The notes beneath the pieces are model-generated. The model was not told where the DNA came from. It saw only the letters and a program-made list of their open reading frames with translations, and searched no databases. A stretch of DNA of 57,501 nt from the NCBI GenBank assembly GCA_964483035.1, contig CAYZZS010000005.1, forward strand, positions 1 through 57,501, read 5' to 3'. A program made the translations under genes and the position numbers. This document shows, piece after piece, positions 38,045 to 48,203 of the stretch. The stretch comes from an uncultured Candidatus Saccharibacteria bacterium. GTDB lineage: Bacteria > Patescibacteriota > Saccharimonadia > Saccharimonadales > CAYZZS01. Positions within the stretch are counted from its first letter, which is position 1; each line of letters opens with the position of its first letter.

Positions 38045-39184
38045 GTGTTCGCAAGGAGAAGTGGTATTCGTACCAATGATACGTTAAGCAAGAAGCTTAA
38101 CATCGACAGTTTAAGCAAAGTATATGAGCGCCCCTTGAGGCGTTTTGTAAAGAAGTATCGTAAGCGCATCGTCAAGTACGGTCTGTTGACTGTTAATGTG
38201 TTGCTGCTTGTGGCTGTTGTTAGCTTTGTGCTTCGGAATCCGGATTCGGGTCAGGCCGTTCGTACCGATAAGCTTTCCTCGGTAACTGATAGGGAAGGCA
38301 GTTTGACAAATCCGCTTGATAAGATGACTTCGGCGGATATAGCGGTGCACCTTTCGCGGTTAGCCGGTATGGATGCCGAGCAGGCGGTGGCGGTAACGAA
38401 CCAGGCTGACTCGGTCAACATTGATCTGGCTATTGTTTCTACCGGAGAGGCGCTGGTGTATAAGCCGCAGGTGGTACAGACGGCACTTAAGTCGCGCAAG
38501 GACATCATCAGCTACGTCACACAGCCAGGTGATACCATTAGTGGGCTCGCTGCCAGGTTCGGTGTTACTTCTGATACTCTTCGCTGGTCGAACGGTATTA
38601 ACGGTGAAAGATTACCTGCTGGCAAAGAAATTTGGGTGCTTCCGGGGGTTAACGGAATTATTTATACCGTACAAGGGGGCGATACGCCCGACAGCTTAGC
38701 GCAAAAGTATAACGCCAACAGGGATAAGATTATCGCGTACAATGATGCTGAGCTCAGCGGCCTGCCGGTCGGGGAGCGGATCATTATTCCTGACGGCAGT
38801 ATCAGGATCGTGCGAAGCTACGCTTCAGCCAGCGGTTTTGCGTTCGGTAACAGTCCAATTTACGGCGGGAACGCGTATGTTCGCGGTTACTGTACCTACT
38901 ACGTGGCGTCTCGGGTTGCAGTACCGAATAACTGGGGTAATGCGAACCGCTGGGCAAGTGCTGCCCGGGCAAGCGGATGGACTGTCAGCCAGACTCCAGT
39001 GGTCGGCGCAATTGCCCAAACCACGAGCATGCATCCCCTTGGTCATGTCGCGTACGTTGAAGAAGTTTCGGAAGACGGGACAATGATTAAGTATTCAGAC
39101 ATGAACGGTATTGCCGGTTTCGGCAGGGTCGGTTACAGTGACTGGGTTCCGGCCAGTATGTATCAGGCGTATATTTACCGGTAG
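38045..39184 (+). CDS. peptidoglycan hydrolase with a TM anchor, two LysM domains and a C-terminal CHAP domain
   Basis: LysM motifs (YVTQPGDTISGLAARFGV; YTVQGGDTPDSLAQKYN). CHAP Cys..His (GYCTYYVASR ... PLGHVAYVEE). GTG start is uncertain. Confidence 0.8.
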   Translation: MFARRSGIRTNDTLSKKLNIDSLSKVYERPLRRFVKKYRKRIVKYGLLTVNVLLLVAVVSFVLRNPDSGQAVRTDKLSSVTDREGSLTNPLDKMTSADIAVHLSRLAGMDAEQAVAVTNQADSVNIDLAIVSTGEALVYKPQVVQTALKSRKDIISYVTQPGDTISGLAARFGVTSDTLRWSNGINGERLPAGKEIWVLPGVNGIIYTVQGGDTPDSLAQKYNANRDKIIAYNDAELSGLPVGERIIIPDGSIRIVRSYASASGFAFGNSPIYGGNAYVRGYCTYYVASRVAVPNNWGNANRWASAARASGWTVSQTPVVGAIAQTTSMHPLGHVAYVEEVSEDGTMIKYSDMNGIAGFGRVGYSDWVPASMYQAYIYR

Positions 39185-39187
39185 AAA

Positions 39188-39276
39188 ATGAGACACCCAT
39201 GCGCGGCCCCAAGCAGGCTTTGGTGCCCTCCGGCTAGGGTTTCTCATCGTCCGGCGACTGCCGGACTGCTCTTCCC
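39188..39276 (+). repeat. structured hairpin element, copy 2
   Basis: ATGAGACACCC-[38-nt insert]-GGGTTTCTCAT-CG-TCCGGCGACTGCCGGA-CTGCTCTTCCC. Begins 4 nt after the stop of the CHAP gene. Confidence 0.6.
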
Positions 39277-39384
39277 AAGGGCAAGTAATCCTTTAATCCA
39301 AAGGAGCTTCGGATTAAAGGGTGATTATGTAATGTTAAGGCCTATCTCTGGACGAGAGGGGTGTGCAAAGGTACTCTATTAGAT

Positions 39385-40662
39385 ATGTTTGTAGATAAAG
39401 CTGAGGTTGAGATTGAAGCAGGTAGCGGCGGCAATGGCGTAGTCAGCTTCCGGCATGAGAAGTTTGTGGATCGTGGCGGTCCTGACGGCGGCGACGGCGG
39501 TAATGGCGGCGATGTCATATTTGAGGCCAGTCGCAATCAGAATACGCTTGCCAATTTTCGGTACCAGCGGCTGCTGAAGGCTGAATCAGGCAAGCCTGGA
39601 TCTAAGCAAAAGCGGCATGGCAAAAGCGGCAAAGACCTGATTATTCCGGTGCCGGTCGGTACGGTCGTGCAGGATGAAAGCGGTCAGATACTTGCTGATC
39701 TATACGAAGACGGGCAGCAGGCAGTTATTGCTAAGGGTGGTCGCGGTGGATTTGGTAACGCGCACTTTGTATCATCCCGTCGGCAGGCACCGAAAGTTGC
39801 TGAAAGAGGCGAACCCGGTGAGAAAATTATTGCGACGCTGGAGCTAAAGATGATCGCTGATGTCGGTTTGGTTGGCTTGCCGAACGCCGGAAAGTCCACG
39901 CTACTGTCAGTTATTAGCAACGCCCGGCCGGAAATTGCTAATTATCCGTTTACGACGGTCAGACCTAATCTCGGTGTCGTAGAAGTTGATAAAGAGGTAA
40001 GTCTGCTGTTTGCGGATATTCCCGGACTCATTGAAGGGGCTAGTGAAGGCAAGGGGCTGGGTGATGAATTCCTTAGGCACATAGAGCGCACCAAGGTGCT
40101 GGTGCATTTGATTGATATATATCAGGATGATGTCGCGGGGAGCTACGTTACGATCCAGAAAGAGCTTCAATCGTATAAGGTGGATTTGACAGACAAGCCG
40201 CAGATTGTGGTATTGAATAAGATTGATGGCCTGGATGAAGAGATTATTCAAGACAAAATGGCACAGCTACAAAGCGTCGTACCAAAGGATGTAGAGGTTC
40301 GGGCAGTTTCCGCGCAAAGTAAGTCCGGGGTCAAAGAGCTGCTGTATAAGGTCAAGGAGCTGGTGCAGCTGCAGCGCCAGGCGGCTGAGTCAGCAGGGAT
40401 TGAGGCGGCTGAACAATTACCGGTCTTGCGCCTGACAGAGGATGAAAACAGCTGGCATATTGAGCGTGACGGCGAGGCATTTATTGTAACCGGCAAGAAG
40501 ATTGAGCGCTTTGCGTTGCGTACTGACTTCGAGAATCCCGATGGGGTCCAGCGCCTGCGGGATATTATGCGAAAAATGGGTATCATGCGTGAGCTTGAGC
40601 GCCAGGGTATGGAGCCCGGCATGACTATTCACATCGGCGATAGCGGAGATATTGAATATTAA
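39385..40662 (+). CDS. obg: GTPase Obg/CgtA
   Basis: Gly-rich Obg fold (GGNGGDV, GGRGG), G1 GLPNAGKST, G3 DIPG, NKID, C-terminal extension domain. Start at MFVDKAEV. Confidence 0.93.
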   Translation: MFVDKAEVEIEAGSGGNGVVSFRHEKFVDRGGPDGGDGGNGGDVIFEASRNQNTLANFRYQRLLKAESGKPGSKQKRHGKSGKDLIIPVPVGTVVQDESGQILADLYEDGQQAVIAKGGRGGFGNAHFVSSRRQAPKVAERGEPGEKIIATLELKMIADVGLVGLPNAGKSTLLSVISNARPEIANYPFTTVRPNLGVVEVDKEVSLLFADIPGLIEGASEGKGLGDEFLRHIERTKVLVHLIDIYQDDVAGSYVTIQKELQSYKVDLTDKPQIVVLNKIDGLDEEIIQDKMAQLQSVVPKDVEVRAVSAQSKSGVKELLYKVKELVQLQRQAAESAGIEAAEQLPVLRLTEDENSWHIERDGEAFIVTGKKIERFALRTDFENPDGVQRLRDIMRKMGIMRELERQGMEPGMTIHIGDSGDIEY

Positions 40663-40714
40663 CGCGGTGTTACAGTAATGGTAGAATTTAACAAATTATT
40701 GTATAATATTTGTT

Positions 40715-41062
40715 ATGAGCGCTGATAAGTTGCCTGTAATCCCAGAACAGCAATGGCTTACTGATGCCGATAGGATTCGTATGGCTATGGATGAGGAGGG
40801 GATCAAGGCATTCTTGATGAGTGACGGTGTAGGGCTTTTCATGATAGAAGCAATACGTGGCACGGAACGCTACGCACATGTGGACGGATATGTCTCGTAC
40901 GTGACTAATGTCGGGGAGGTGGCCTACAGTGCAGAAGCGGACATTAAGTTCCTCCGTAACGGAAGGGTGGCCAAGTGGATTCGTGAGCGACTGCGCCTAC
41001 CTGAGCGGGCATACGTGTCAGCGACAATTTTTACCTCTGAAAGCCGGGACCTGGAGCCGTAA
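40715..41062 (+). CDS. hypothetical protein
   Basis: 115-aa ORF. TGTATAAT extended -10 box 7 nt before the ATG. Confidence 0.45.
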   Translation: MSADKLPVIPEQQWLTDADRIRMAMDEEGIKAFLMSDGVGLFMIEAIRGTERYAHVDGYVSYVTNVGEVAYSAEADIKFLRNGRVAKWIRERLRLPERAYVSATIFTSESRDLEP

Positions 41063-41104
41063 GACGGTAGCATAAATACCCTTGAAGCCATACTATGTAG
41101 TGGT

Positions 41105-42535
41105 ATGACATTTTATTTCTATGACCTGGAAACCAGTGGCGTAAACCCGAGAGAGCAGCGGGTAATGCAGTTTGCCGGCCAGCGGACCGATATGAATTTG
41201 AATCCTATCGGTGAGCCGGATAATTACCTCATCAAGCTGAGCGATGACATCGTACCTGAGCCGTACGCTATCCTGGTGACTGGTATCACGCCGCAGCAAA
41301 CGGTTGCAGACGGTATCACCGAGGCAGAGTTTTTAAAAATTTTCCATGAGTCGATAGCGGTGCCGGATACAATCATGGTGGGTTTCAATACGGTGCGCTT
41401 TGATGATGAATTCATGCGCTACATGTTGTATCGGAATTATTATGACCCGTATGAATGGCAGTGGCAGGACGGTCGGTCCCGCTGGGATTTGTTGGATTTG
41501 GTGCGCATGACGCGCGCGTTGAGGCCAGAAGGCATCAAGTGGCCGTTTGATGTCAAGGGCAAGCCAACCAATCGGCTGGAGCTGTTAACGGCGCTGAACG
41601 GCATTGAGCATACCGACGCCCACGATGCCTTGAGTGACGTCAATGCTTCGATTGCCATTGCGCGGCTTATTAAAAAATTACAGCCGAAGCTGTTTGATTT
41701 TCTTCTGGAAATGCGCTCCAAACAGAAAGTTGCCGAACTGGCACTCAGTGGCAAGCCGTTCATATATACATCAGGAAAGTATGATAGTGAGTACGAGAAA
41801 ACAACTATTGTCGCTACGATTGCCGAAGCTTCCAAGCGGCAAGGTGTTTTGGTGTTTGATCTGCGGTATAATCCGCGAAAGTTTGAAAAGCTCTCGGTTC
41901 AGGAGCTGGCCGAAGCGTGGCGGCGGCGGAAGGATGACCCAGGTCCGCGCCTGCCGATTAAGACACTGCAATTCAATCGCTGCCCGGCTATAGCGCCGCT
42001 GAGCGTGCTCGATACAGCAAGTGAAAAGCGGCTGAAGCTTGATATGCAAAAGATCAAATATCACCTGGGTGAGTTGCAGGAGATGGGTGATTGGGTCGGT
42101 AGAGTGCTAGAGGCTCAAGAGCTGCTGGATAAAAAAATGCAGGCCAAGTTCCTGGATGTTTCCAGTACAGTCGATGCACAGCTGTATGACGGGTTTTTTG
42201 ATGAGCGGGATAAAAACATGATGAGTGCGGTCCGGGCAGCTGACCCCGAGGAGCTAGCTGATGTATCAGGCAAGTTTAAGGATCGTCGGCTAAAAGAGTT
42301 GTTGCCGCTGTATAAGGCACGGAATTTTCCGAACGCACTAACGGGTGAGGAGCGGGCAGAGTGGGAGCGCTACCGAACCGAGAAATTGCTGGCTGGCAAG
42401 GAAAAGAGCCAGTTAGCCAGATTCTTCAATCAGCTGAGTGAGATTGAGGGCAAGGGTAATCTTACTGATCATCAGCGCTACCTGCTGGAGGAGCTGCAGC
42501 TGTACGGCCAGAGTATTATGCCGACAGATGATTAG
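41105..42535 (+). CDS. sbcB: exodeoxyribonuclease I
   Basis: DEDDh motifs (FYFYDLETSG; HDALSD). Length of 476 aa and C-terminal ExoI domains. Confidence 0.88.
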   Translation: MTFYFYDLETSGVNPREQRVMQFAGQRTDMNLNPIGEPDNYLIKLSDDIVPEPYAILVTGITPQQTVADGITEAEFLKIFHESIAVPDTIMVGFNTVRFDDEFMRYMLYRNYYDPYEWQWQDGRSRWDLLDLVRMTRALRPEGIKWPFDVKGKPTNRLELLTALNGIEHTDAHDALSDVNASIAIARLIKKLQPKLFDFLLEMRSKQKVAELALSGKPFIYTSGKYDSEYEKTTIVATIAEASKRQGVLVFDLRYNPRKFEKLSVQELAEAWRRRKDDPGPRLPIKTLQFNRCPAIAPLSVLDTASEKRLKLDMQKIKYHLGELQEMGDWVGRVLEAQELLDKKMQAKFLDVSSTVDAQLYDGFFDERDKNMMSAVRAADPEELADVSGKFKDRRLKELLPLYKARNFPNALTGEERAEWERYRTEKLLAGKEKSQLARFFNQLSEIEGKGNLTDHQRYLLEELQLYGQSIMPTDD

Positions 42536-43388
42536 TGGCTGCAGCTTGCTGGCTTAGTGGTGTTTGTTCACCAGCCCTATAGCTGCCGAGTACCGTGACA
42601 TCGCACTTCTGCTGCTCAAGCTCCCTAAGTGCTGTCGTCATTGCTGGACTGCTTTGGTCTGCCAGTACGTCCACATAGAACATATAGTGCCAGGCTTCGC
42701 CGATTATCGGGCGCGACTGTAGCTTGGAGAGGCTGATGTTTCGATCGGCAAACGAGCCCAGTGCCCGATACAGTGCGCCAGGCTGATGATCGGTAATCAG
42801 CACCAAAGAAGTTTTATCCGAATCAGTAGCCTCTGTCGGTGTCCGGGTGAGAGCTACGAACCGGGTGTAGTTTGCCTTATTGGTTTCAATGCCTTGGGCT
42901 AGGATTTCTAGGCCGTGCAGTTTAGCTGCGGCCTCGCTGGCGATGGCAGCCTTGGTCGGATCATTCCAGCGTTTGATGTCAGTCACACTTGCTGCGGTAT
43001 CATGATGCTCTACTCGGTCGACATGTGCTAGTTCAGTCTCAAGGTATGTTTCGCATTGTGCCAGAGCTTCGGCTTGTGAATGCACTTCTTTGAGCTGCTT
43101 GATTGAGGTGCCGGGTAGTCCGATCAAGCAGTGCTCGACTCGTAAGTAGACCTCGCCGCAAATCCAGAATCGATATTTAAGGAGCAGGTCATATACCTGA
43201 TTGATCGAGCCATACAGTGAATTCTCAATTGCCAGCAGGGCAAAATCTGCCCGACCATTATCAAGTTCAAGAAACGTTTCAGCAAACGTGTCACATGGAA
43301 CTAACTCTATGTCCTCGCCAAAGAATCGGTTGGCGGCAATGGAGTGATAGGACCCTTCATGTCCTTGAATGGCTATACGTTGTTTCAT
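42516..43388 (-). CDS. pheA: prephenate dehydratase with ACT domain
   Basis: IAIQGHEGSYH start, TRF motif (NYTRFVAL), ACT region with LQSRPI. Confidence 0.88.
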   Translation of the reverse strand: MKQRIAIQGHEGSYHSIAANRFFGEDIELVPCDTFAETFLELDNGRADFALLAIENSLYGSINQVYDLLLKYRFWICGEVYLRVEHCLIGLPGTSIKQLKEVHSQAEALAQCETYLETELAHVDRVEHHDTAASVTDIKRWNDPTKAAIASEAAAKLHGLEILAQGIETNKANYTRFVALTRTPTEATDSDKTSLVLITDHQPGALYRALGSFADRNISLSKLQSRPIIGEAWHYMFYVDVLADQSSPAMTTALRELEQQKCDVTVLGSYRAGEQTPLSQQAAATNHLSA

Positions 43389-43461
43389 CAGCTACAAGAC
43401 TACCATAAACTGTCACTTGCTGTTACCATTAGCGGAAGCGAACGCTTAGTCAAGGTAAGCG

Positions 43462-44127
43462 GTGGGGGAAATGAGGGAAGACATGGGTGAAACATGCCAT
43501 AGGCCTGGTATTCGTAATCATTTGCTTGCGAACCGGGAGTTGAGGGATGGCAGGGTGCTGAAGGTGTTTCGTCACGTCGATCCGGAGCACTCCAGTTCGA
43601 TTGCGGACATTCTGACTGATTGGGCGCGGAGCGGTGACTTGCCGGAATTTGATAACATTCCACGTAAGCATACAGCCTATATTCTGGACCCCCGCTTAAT
43701 GGGGCAGGGCTTCAAACGGGGATTTGTGCCCAGGTATCGGCCTGCCGAAGCAAGGCGCGAGATTGAGCGGAGCTGCCAGGACAGCAGTCAAGCCGTGATG
43801 GCAAAAATCGGAAAAATTTCAGTTGAAGGCAGAAACCGGAAGGTGGTGTTAGCGCAGCTTGCAAGTGAAGAACTGCTGGAAGAGCGCAAAGAGCTATACG
43901 GTATCTTGGGATCGGCCGGACTAAAAGGGACTTCCCGGAGGATGAACGGTAAGGGTGGAAAAATATCATGCCCTACTCTGTTTCTCGGTGTGCTGCACGA
44001 GGGAGTGAGTCGTACTGAACAAGGTGAGTTGGGGGAAAAAATTGACATGGCACTGTCTATGTATGGCTCAGACATTGTGCAGCTCGGGCCATCCCAGGTA
44101 GAGGTGTCTCGGGCTAGAAACGACTAG
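43462..44127 (+). CDS. hypothetical protein
   Basis: 221-aa ORF with an uncertain start. No motif recognised. Confidence 0.4.
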   Translation: MGEMREDMGETCHRPGIRNHLLANRELRDGRVLKVFRHVDPEHSSSIADILTDWARSGDLPEFDNIPRKHTAYILDPRLMGQGFKRGFVPRYRPAEARREIERSCQDSSQAVMAKIGKISVEGRNRKVVLAQLASEELLEERKELYGILGSAGLKGTSRRMNGKGGKISCPTLFLGVLHEGVSRTEQGELGEKIDMALSMYGSDIVQLGPSQVEVSRARND

Positions 44128-44184
44128 CTACTATCCTATCAACACTGGAAAAATATCAGGTTTATCTGTATAATTTCTCAGCTA

Positions 44185-46995
44185 ATGAATGATAGCATTG
44201 TCGTCAAAGGGGCGAGGGAGCACAACCTCAAGGATATTGACGTCACCATTCCCCGCGGAAAACTGGTGGTCATCACCGGCTTGTCTGGTTCCGGCAAGTC
44301 TTCTCTGGCGTTTGATACGATTTACGCTGAAGGCCAGCGGCGCTATGTCGAGAGCCTGAGTTCGTATGCCCGGCAATTCCTGGGTCTTATGGAAAAGCCG
44401 GATGTCGATCAGATTGAGGGCTTAAGTCCGGCAATCAGCATCGACCAGAAGTCGACGAGCCGTAACCCCCGCTCAACCGTTGCTACGGTAACGGAAATTT
44501 ATGATTATTTACGTCTGTTGTTTGCGCGCGTAGGAGTGCCGCATTGTCCGATTTGCGGCCGGGCAGTTACCAGGCAGACGACGGCCGGTATCGTCGAGCA
44601 GGTAGAAGGACTGCCGGAGGGGGCGCGTCTCATGGTGCTGGCGCCAATCATTATCGACAAGAAGGGTGCCTTCGAACATATTCCGGAGCAGTTTATGCGC
44701 GCCGGTTTTGCCCGGGCTCGTGTTGACGGTGTGGTGTATGCGCTTGATGAGTTCCCAGAGCTTGATAAAAATTATAAGCACAGCATAGAGATAGTCGTCG
44801 ACCGCCTTGTGAATAACGAGGAGAGCCGTGGTCGTCTGGTGCAGTCAGTAGAGCAGGCGCTGGACTTAGCGGATGGAAAACTAAAGGTAGTTAACGCCGA
44901 CACCGAAACTGAACATGACTACAGTTTAATGTACGCTTGTCTTGAGCATCCTGATGTGGTCATTCCGGAGTTGGAGCCACGAACTTTCAGTTTTAATAGT
45001 CCGCACGGAGCGTGTCCGGTTTGTACGGGTCTCGGATCCCGGCTAGAGGTGGATCCGGAACTGGTGATTCCTAATGGCCGGCTGACTATTGCCGAGGGCG
45101 CCATCCGTCCATTCAACCGTGTTAATACTGATGCCTGGTACATGAAAAAGATGCAAGCAGTAGCTGACCGCTACGGCTTTAGCTTGCACGTACCAACCGG
45201 ACAGTTGCGGCCGGAAGATTTAGAACGGATTTTATATGGCACCGGAAACGAAACATACCGGATTTCACTTGGTACTGGTCGGCACTTCGATACCACGTAT
45301 GAAGGTGTGATACCCAATTTGGAGCGCCGGCATAAAGAGACCGACAGCGACTTCATGCGCCGGGATATCGAGCGCTTCATGCAGGAGCGGCCATGTACCG
45401 CCTGTAAGGGATTGCGGCTCAAGCCGGAAGTGCTGGCGGTAACGGTTGCTAATAAATCAATCATGGACATCTGTAGTTTGTCGATTGATGAAGCGCTTAA
45501 GTTCTTCAAGGATTTACAGCTGAGCGACAAGGAATCGCACATAGCCGCCATGATTCTAAAGGAAATTTGTGCCCGTCTACAGTTTTTACAGGATGTCGGA
45601 CTGAATTACCTCAACCTGCTTCGTAGCGCTGCCACTCTCTCTGGCGGTGAAGCGCAGCGCATCCGGCTGGCGACGCAAATCGGCTCCGGGCTGATGGGCG
45701 TGCTGTATGTGCTCGATGAGCCGTCTATCGGCCTTCATCAGCGCGACAATGAGCGTCTGATCCGTACCTTGAAACATTTGAGGGATCTTGGCAATACGGT
45801 AATCGTGGTAGAGCATGACGAAGATACGATTCGCACGGCTGACTTCCTGCTGGATATCGGACCGGGTGCCGGTATCCACGGCGGTCATATAGTAGCTAGC
45901 GGAACACCAGATGAAGTTGCGCAAGCCAAGACTAGTGTTACTGGCCAATATCTCAGTGGTAAGCAGAAAATTGCCACTCCAAAGAAGCGCCGAACAGGAA
46001 ATGGTAAATCGTTGATTGTCCGGGGGGCGCGCGAGAACAACCTCCGTAATATCGATGTGGAGATTCCGCTTGGCAAGATGGTGGTGGTGAGTGGTGTTTC
46101 CGGTTCCGGCAAATCCAGTCTGATTAATGACATCGTGGCCAAGGAGCTGTCTGCGCGACTGCACCGGGCCAATGCCGTACCGGGTAAGCATGACGAAATA
46201 GAAGGCATCAAGCATCTAGATAAGGCGATTGTGATCGATCAGTCGCCAATTGGCCGTACGCCTCGGTCGAACCCGGCGACTTATACTGGCTTATTTACGC
46301 CGATTCGTGAACTGTTCGCCTCTGTTCCGGAGGCTAAGTTACGCGGCTATTCGCCGGGAAGATTCAGCTTCAATGTGCGCGGCGGCCGCTGCGAGAACTG
46401 TGCCGGTGACGGTATCATCAAGATTGAGATGCACTTTCTGCCTGATGTCTATGTTCCCTGCGAAGTCTGTAAGGGTAGGCGTTATAACCGTGAGGCGCTG
46501 GAGATACATTACAAGGGCAGTTCAATTAGCGACGTGCTGGAAATGACGTGCGATCAGGCTCTTGAGTTTTTTGGTAATATTCCAGCGATTGCTCGTAAAT
46601 TGCAGACGTTGGTCGATGTAGGTCTTGGATATATCCGCTTAGGGCAGCCGGCAACCACTCTCTCTGGTGGTGAAGCGCAGCGTATCAAGTTAGCCTCCGA
46701 GCTATCCCGCCGACCCACTGGCCGGACACTTTACATCCTGGACGAACCAACGACTGGTCTGCATATGGCAGACGTCGATCGGCTGCTTAAGGTGCTGCAC
46801 ACGCTGGTTGATAATGGCAACAGCATGATAATTATTGAGCACAACCTGGATGTCGTGAAGTCTGCAGACCATATTATCGATATGGGGCCGGAAGGTGGTA
46901 ATGGGGGCGGTATGGTGGTGGCGGAGGGTACGCCGGAGCAAGTCGCTCAGAACCACGCATCGCATACTGGCAAATTCTTGACAAATATGTTATAA
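44185..46995 (+). CDS. uvrA: excinuclease ABC subunit A
   Basis: Two ABC modules (GLSGSGKSS; GVSGSGKSS; two LSGGEAQR signatures) and zinc-finger Cys clusters. TGTATAAT 10 nt upstream. Confidence 0.97.
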   Translation: MNDSIVVKGAREHNLKDIDVTIPRGKLVVITGLSGSGKSSLAFDTIYAEGQRRYVESLSSYARQFLGLMEKPDVDQIEGLSPAISIDQKSTSRNPRSTVATVTEIYDYLRLLFARVGVPHCPICGRAVTRQTTAGIVEQVEGLPEGARLMVLAPIIIDKKGAFEHIPEQFMRAGFARARVDGVVYALDEFPELDKNYKHSIEIVVDRLVNNEESRGRLVQSVEQALDLADGKLKVVNADTETEHDYSLMYACLEHPDVVIPELEPRTFSFNSPHGACPVCTGLGSRLEVDPELVIPNGRLTIAEGAIRPFNRVNTDAWYMKKMQAVADRYGFSLHVPTGQLRPEDLERILYGTGNETYRISLGTGRHFDTTYEGVIPNLERRHKETDSDFMRRDIERFMQERPCTACKGLRLKPEVLAVTVANKSIMDICSLSIDEALKFFKDLQLSDKESHIAAMILKEICARLQFLQDVGLNYLNLLRSAATLSGGEAQRIRLATQIGSGLMGVLYVLDEPSIGLHQRDNERLIRTLKHLRDLGNTVIVVEHDEDTIRTADFLLDIGPGAGIHGGHIVASGTPDEVAQAKTSVTGQYLSGKQKIATPKKRRTGNGKSLIVRGARENNLRNIDVEIPLGKMVVVSGVSGSGKSSLINDIVAKELSARLHRANAVPGKHDEIEGIKHLDKAIVIDQSPIGRTPRSNPATYTGLFTPIRELFASVPEAKLRGYSPGRFSFNVRGGRCENCAGDGIIKIEMHFLPDVYVPCEVCKGRRYNREALEIHYKGSSISDVLEMTCDQALEFFGNIPAIARKLQTLVDVGLGYIRLGQPATTLSGGEAQRIKLASELSRRPTGRTLYILDEPTTGLHMADVDRLLKVLHTLVDNGNSMIIIEHNLDVVKSADHIIDMGPEGGNGGGMVVAEGTPEQVAQNHASHTGKFLTNML

Positions 46996-47002
46996 TATAA
47001 GA

Positions 47003-47419
47003 ATGGTACAGGAATACGATCCTGCTGCTGTGCGGCAGGAAGCTGAATCCCATCTGAGAGATATGCTAGTGGCAGCTGAAGCCGCCACTGACAGGCGAGA
47101 TCGCATGAGGGCATTCGGCAGGGCGATGCTTTTTGCGTATCTCATAGGCGATCATATTGACATGAACTTAGGGCCGACAGGTAAAGCGCAGGCTGTCCTA
47201 AGAGAGCAGTATGATAGATTGGCCACGGAAGGGCACGAGATTGCGGGGAGAGAGGTTATCGACGACGTGGAGGAGCTTCATGAATTTACCGGATACATCG
47301 CAGCCCATACAAATTCCGGGAAAGACAAAATGATACTTTCAGAAGAAGAGGTGGAGTCTATAGAGCTTGACTATGATTTCATTGTTCTCCGTCATATTCC
47401 TCGGCGGTTTCTCATCTAA
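47003..47419 (+). CDS. hypothetical protein
   Basis: 138-aa ORF. TATAAT (46991-46996, overlapping the uvrA stop) lies 6 nt before the ATG. Confidence 0.45.
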   Translation: MVQEYDPAAVRQEAESHLRDMLVAAEAATDRRDRMRAFGRAMLFAYLIGDHIDMNLGPTGKAQAVLREQYDRLATEGHEIAGREVIDDVEELHEFTGYIAAHTNSGKDKMILSEEEVESIELDYDFIVLRHIPRRFLI

Positions 47420-47459
47420 TTTTTTGTTTGTCCAGTCCACCATAGGCCAGAAGTAAACA

Positions 47460-47468
47460 TGGTATAAT
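47460..47468 (+). promoter_or_regulatory. extended -10 box (TGGTATAAT) for rplY
   Basis: Followed by a leader of about 25 nt with an AGAGGG SD before ATG 47494. Confidence 0.45.
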
Positions 47469-47493
47469 TTAAGGTGTTAACGACAGAGGGAAT

Positions 47494-48129
47494 ATGCAGG
47501 ACATCGAACTGACATTAGAAGAGCGTAACGTATTTGGGAAAAAAGTGAAGTCACTGCGCCGTAACGGCTTGGTGCCGGCTGTAATTCATAACCACGGTAA
47601 GGACTCGATAATTGTCATGGGTCAGCAGGTGCCAATGCTTAAAGCCTATCAGGAGGCTGGTAAGCATCAGACCGTGCAGCTTAAGGTTGGTAAGCAGGAA
47701 TATATGGCTATGATCAAGGATGCTGATTTTGAGCCGACCAAGCAGCAGCTGCGACACCTTGTCTTTAATGCGGTTAAAAAGGACCAGAAGGTCGAGGCTG
47801 AGGTGCCAGTTCATGTAGAGGGTGATATTCCCGCAGAGAGGGCTGGACACATGGTAGTTACCAATCTCTACCATGTAATTGTCGAAGCCAAGCCTGGCGA
47901 TATGCCGGAATCGCTAAGCGTTAGCGGTGAGGCGTTGGCTGAAATCGGCGACAAAGTAACCGTTGCAGACATTAAGTTGCCAGCAGGTGTGGCAGTATTA
48001 ACAGAGCCGGACCAAGTTGTGGCAGCCGTTGAGGAAACCAAGGCTGAGATGTCAGAAGAGTCGATTGCCGAAGAGACCTCGGCTACAGATGTTCCGTCAG
48101 ATAATGGCGGTGGCGAAGAAGCGTCCTAA
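47494..48129 (+). CDS. rplY: 50S ribosomal protein L25 (Ctc form)
   Basis: RRNGLVPAVIHNHG N-domain plus Ctc-type C-domain and an acidic tail. Confidence 0.9.
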   Translation: MQDIELTLEERNVFGKKVKSLRRNGLVPAVIHNHGKDSIIVMGQQVPMLKAYQEAGKHQTVQLKVGKQEYMAMIKDADFEPTKQQLRHLVFNAVKKDQKVEAEVPVHVEGDIPAERAGHMVVTNLYHVIVEAKPGDMPESLSVSGEALAEIGDKVTVADIKLPAGVAVLTEPDQVVAAVEETKAEMSEESIAEETSATDVPSDNGGGEEAS

Positions 48130-48168
48130 GATCTCATCAGCTGCCAAAGTGCGCAGTAGTATACATAT

Positions 48169-48203
48169 AACCGGCCTTCTAATAGAGGGCTGGTTTATTC
48201 TTC
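48169..48203 (+). terminator. putative terminator between the convergent rplY and ABC exporter genes
   Basis: AACCGGCC / GGCTGGTT stem (one G-U pair) followed by a T-rich tract. Overlaps the exporter stop codon. Confidence 0.4.
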
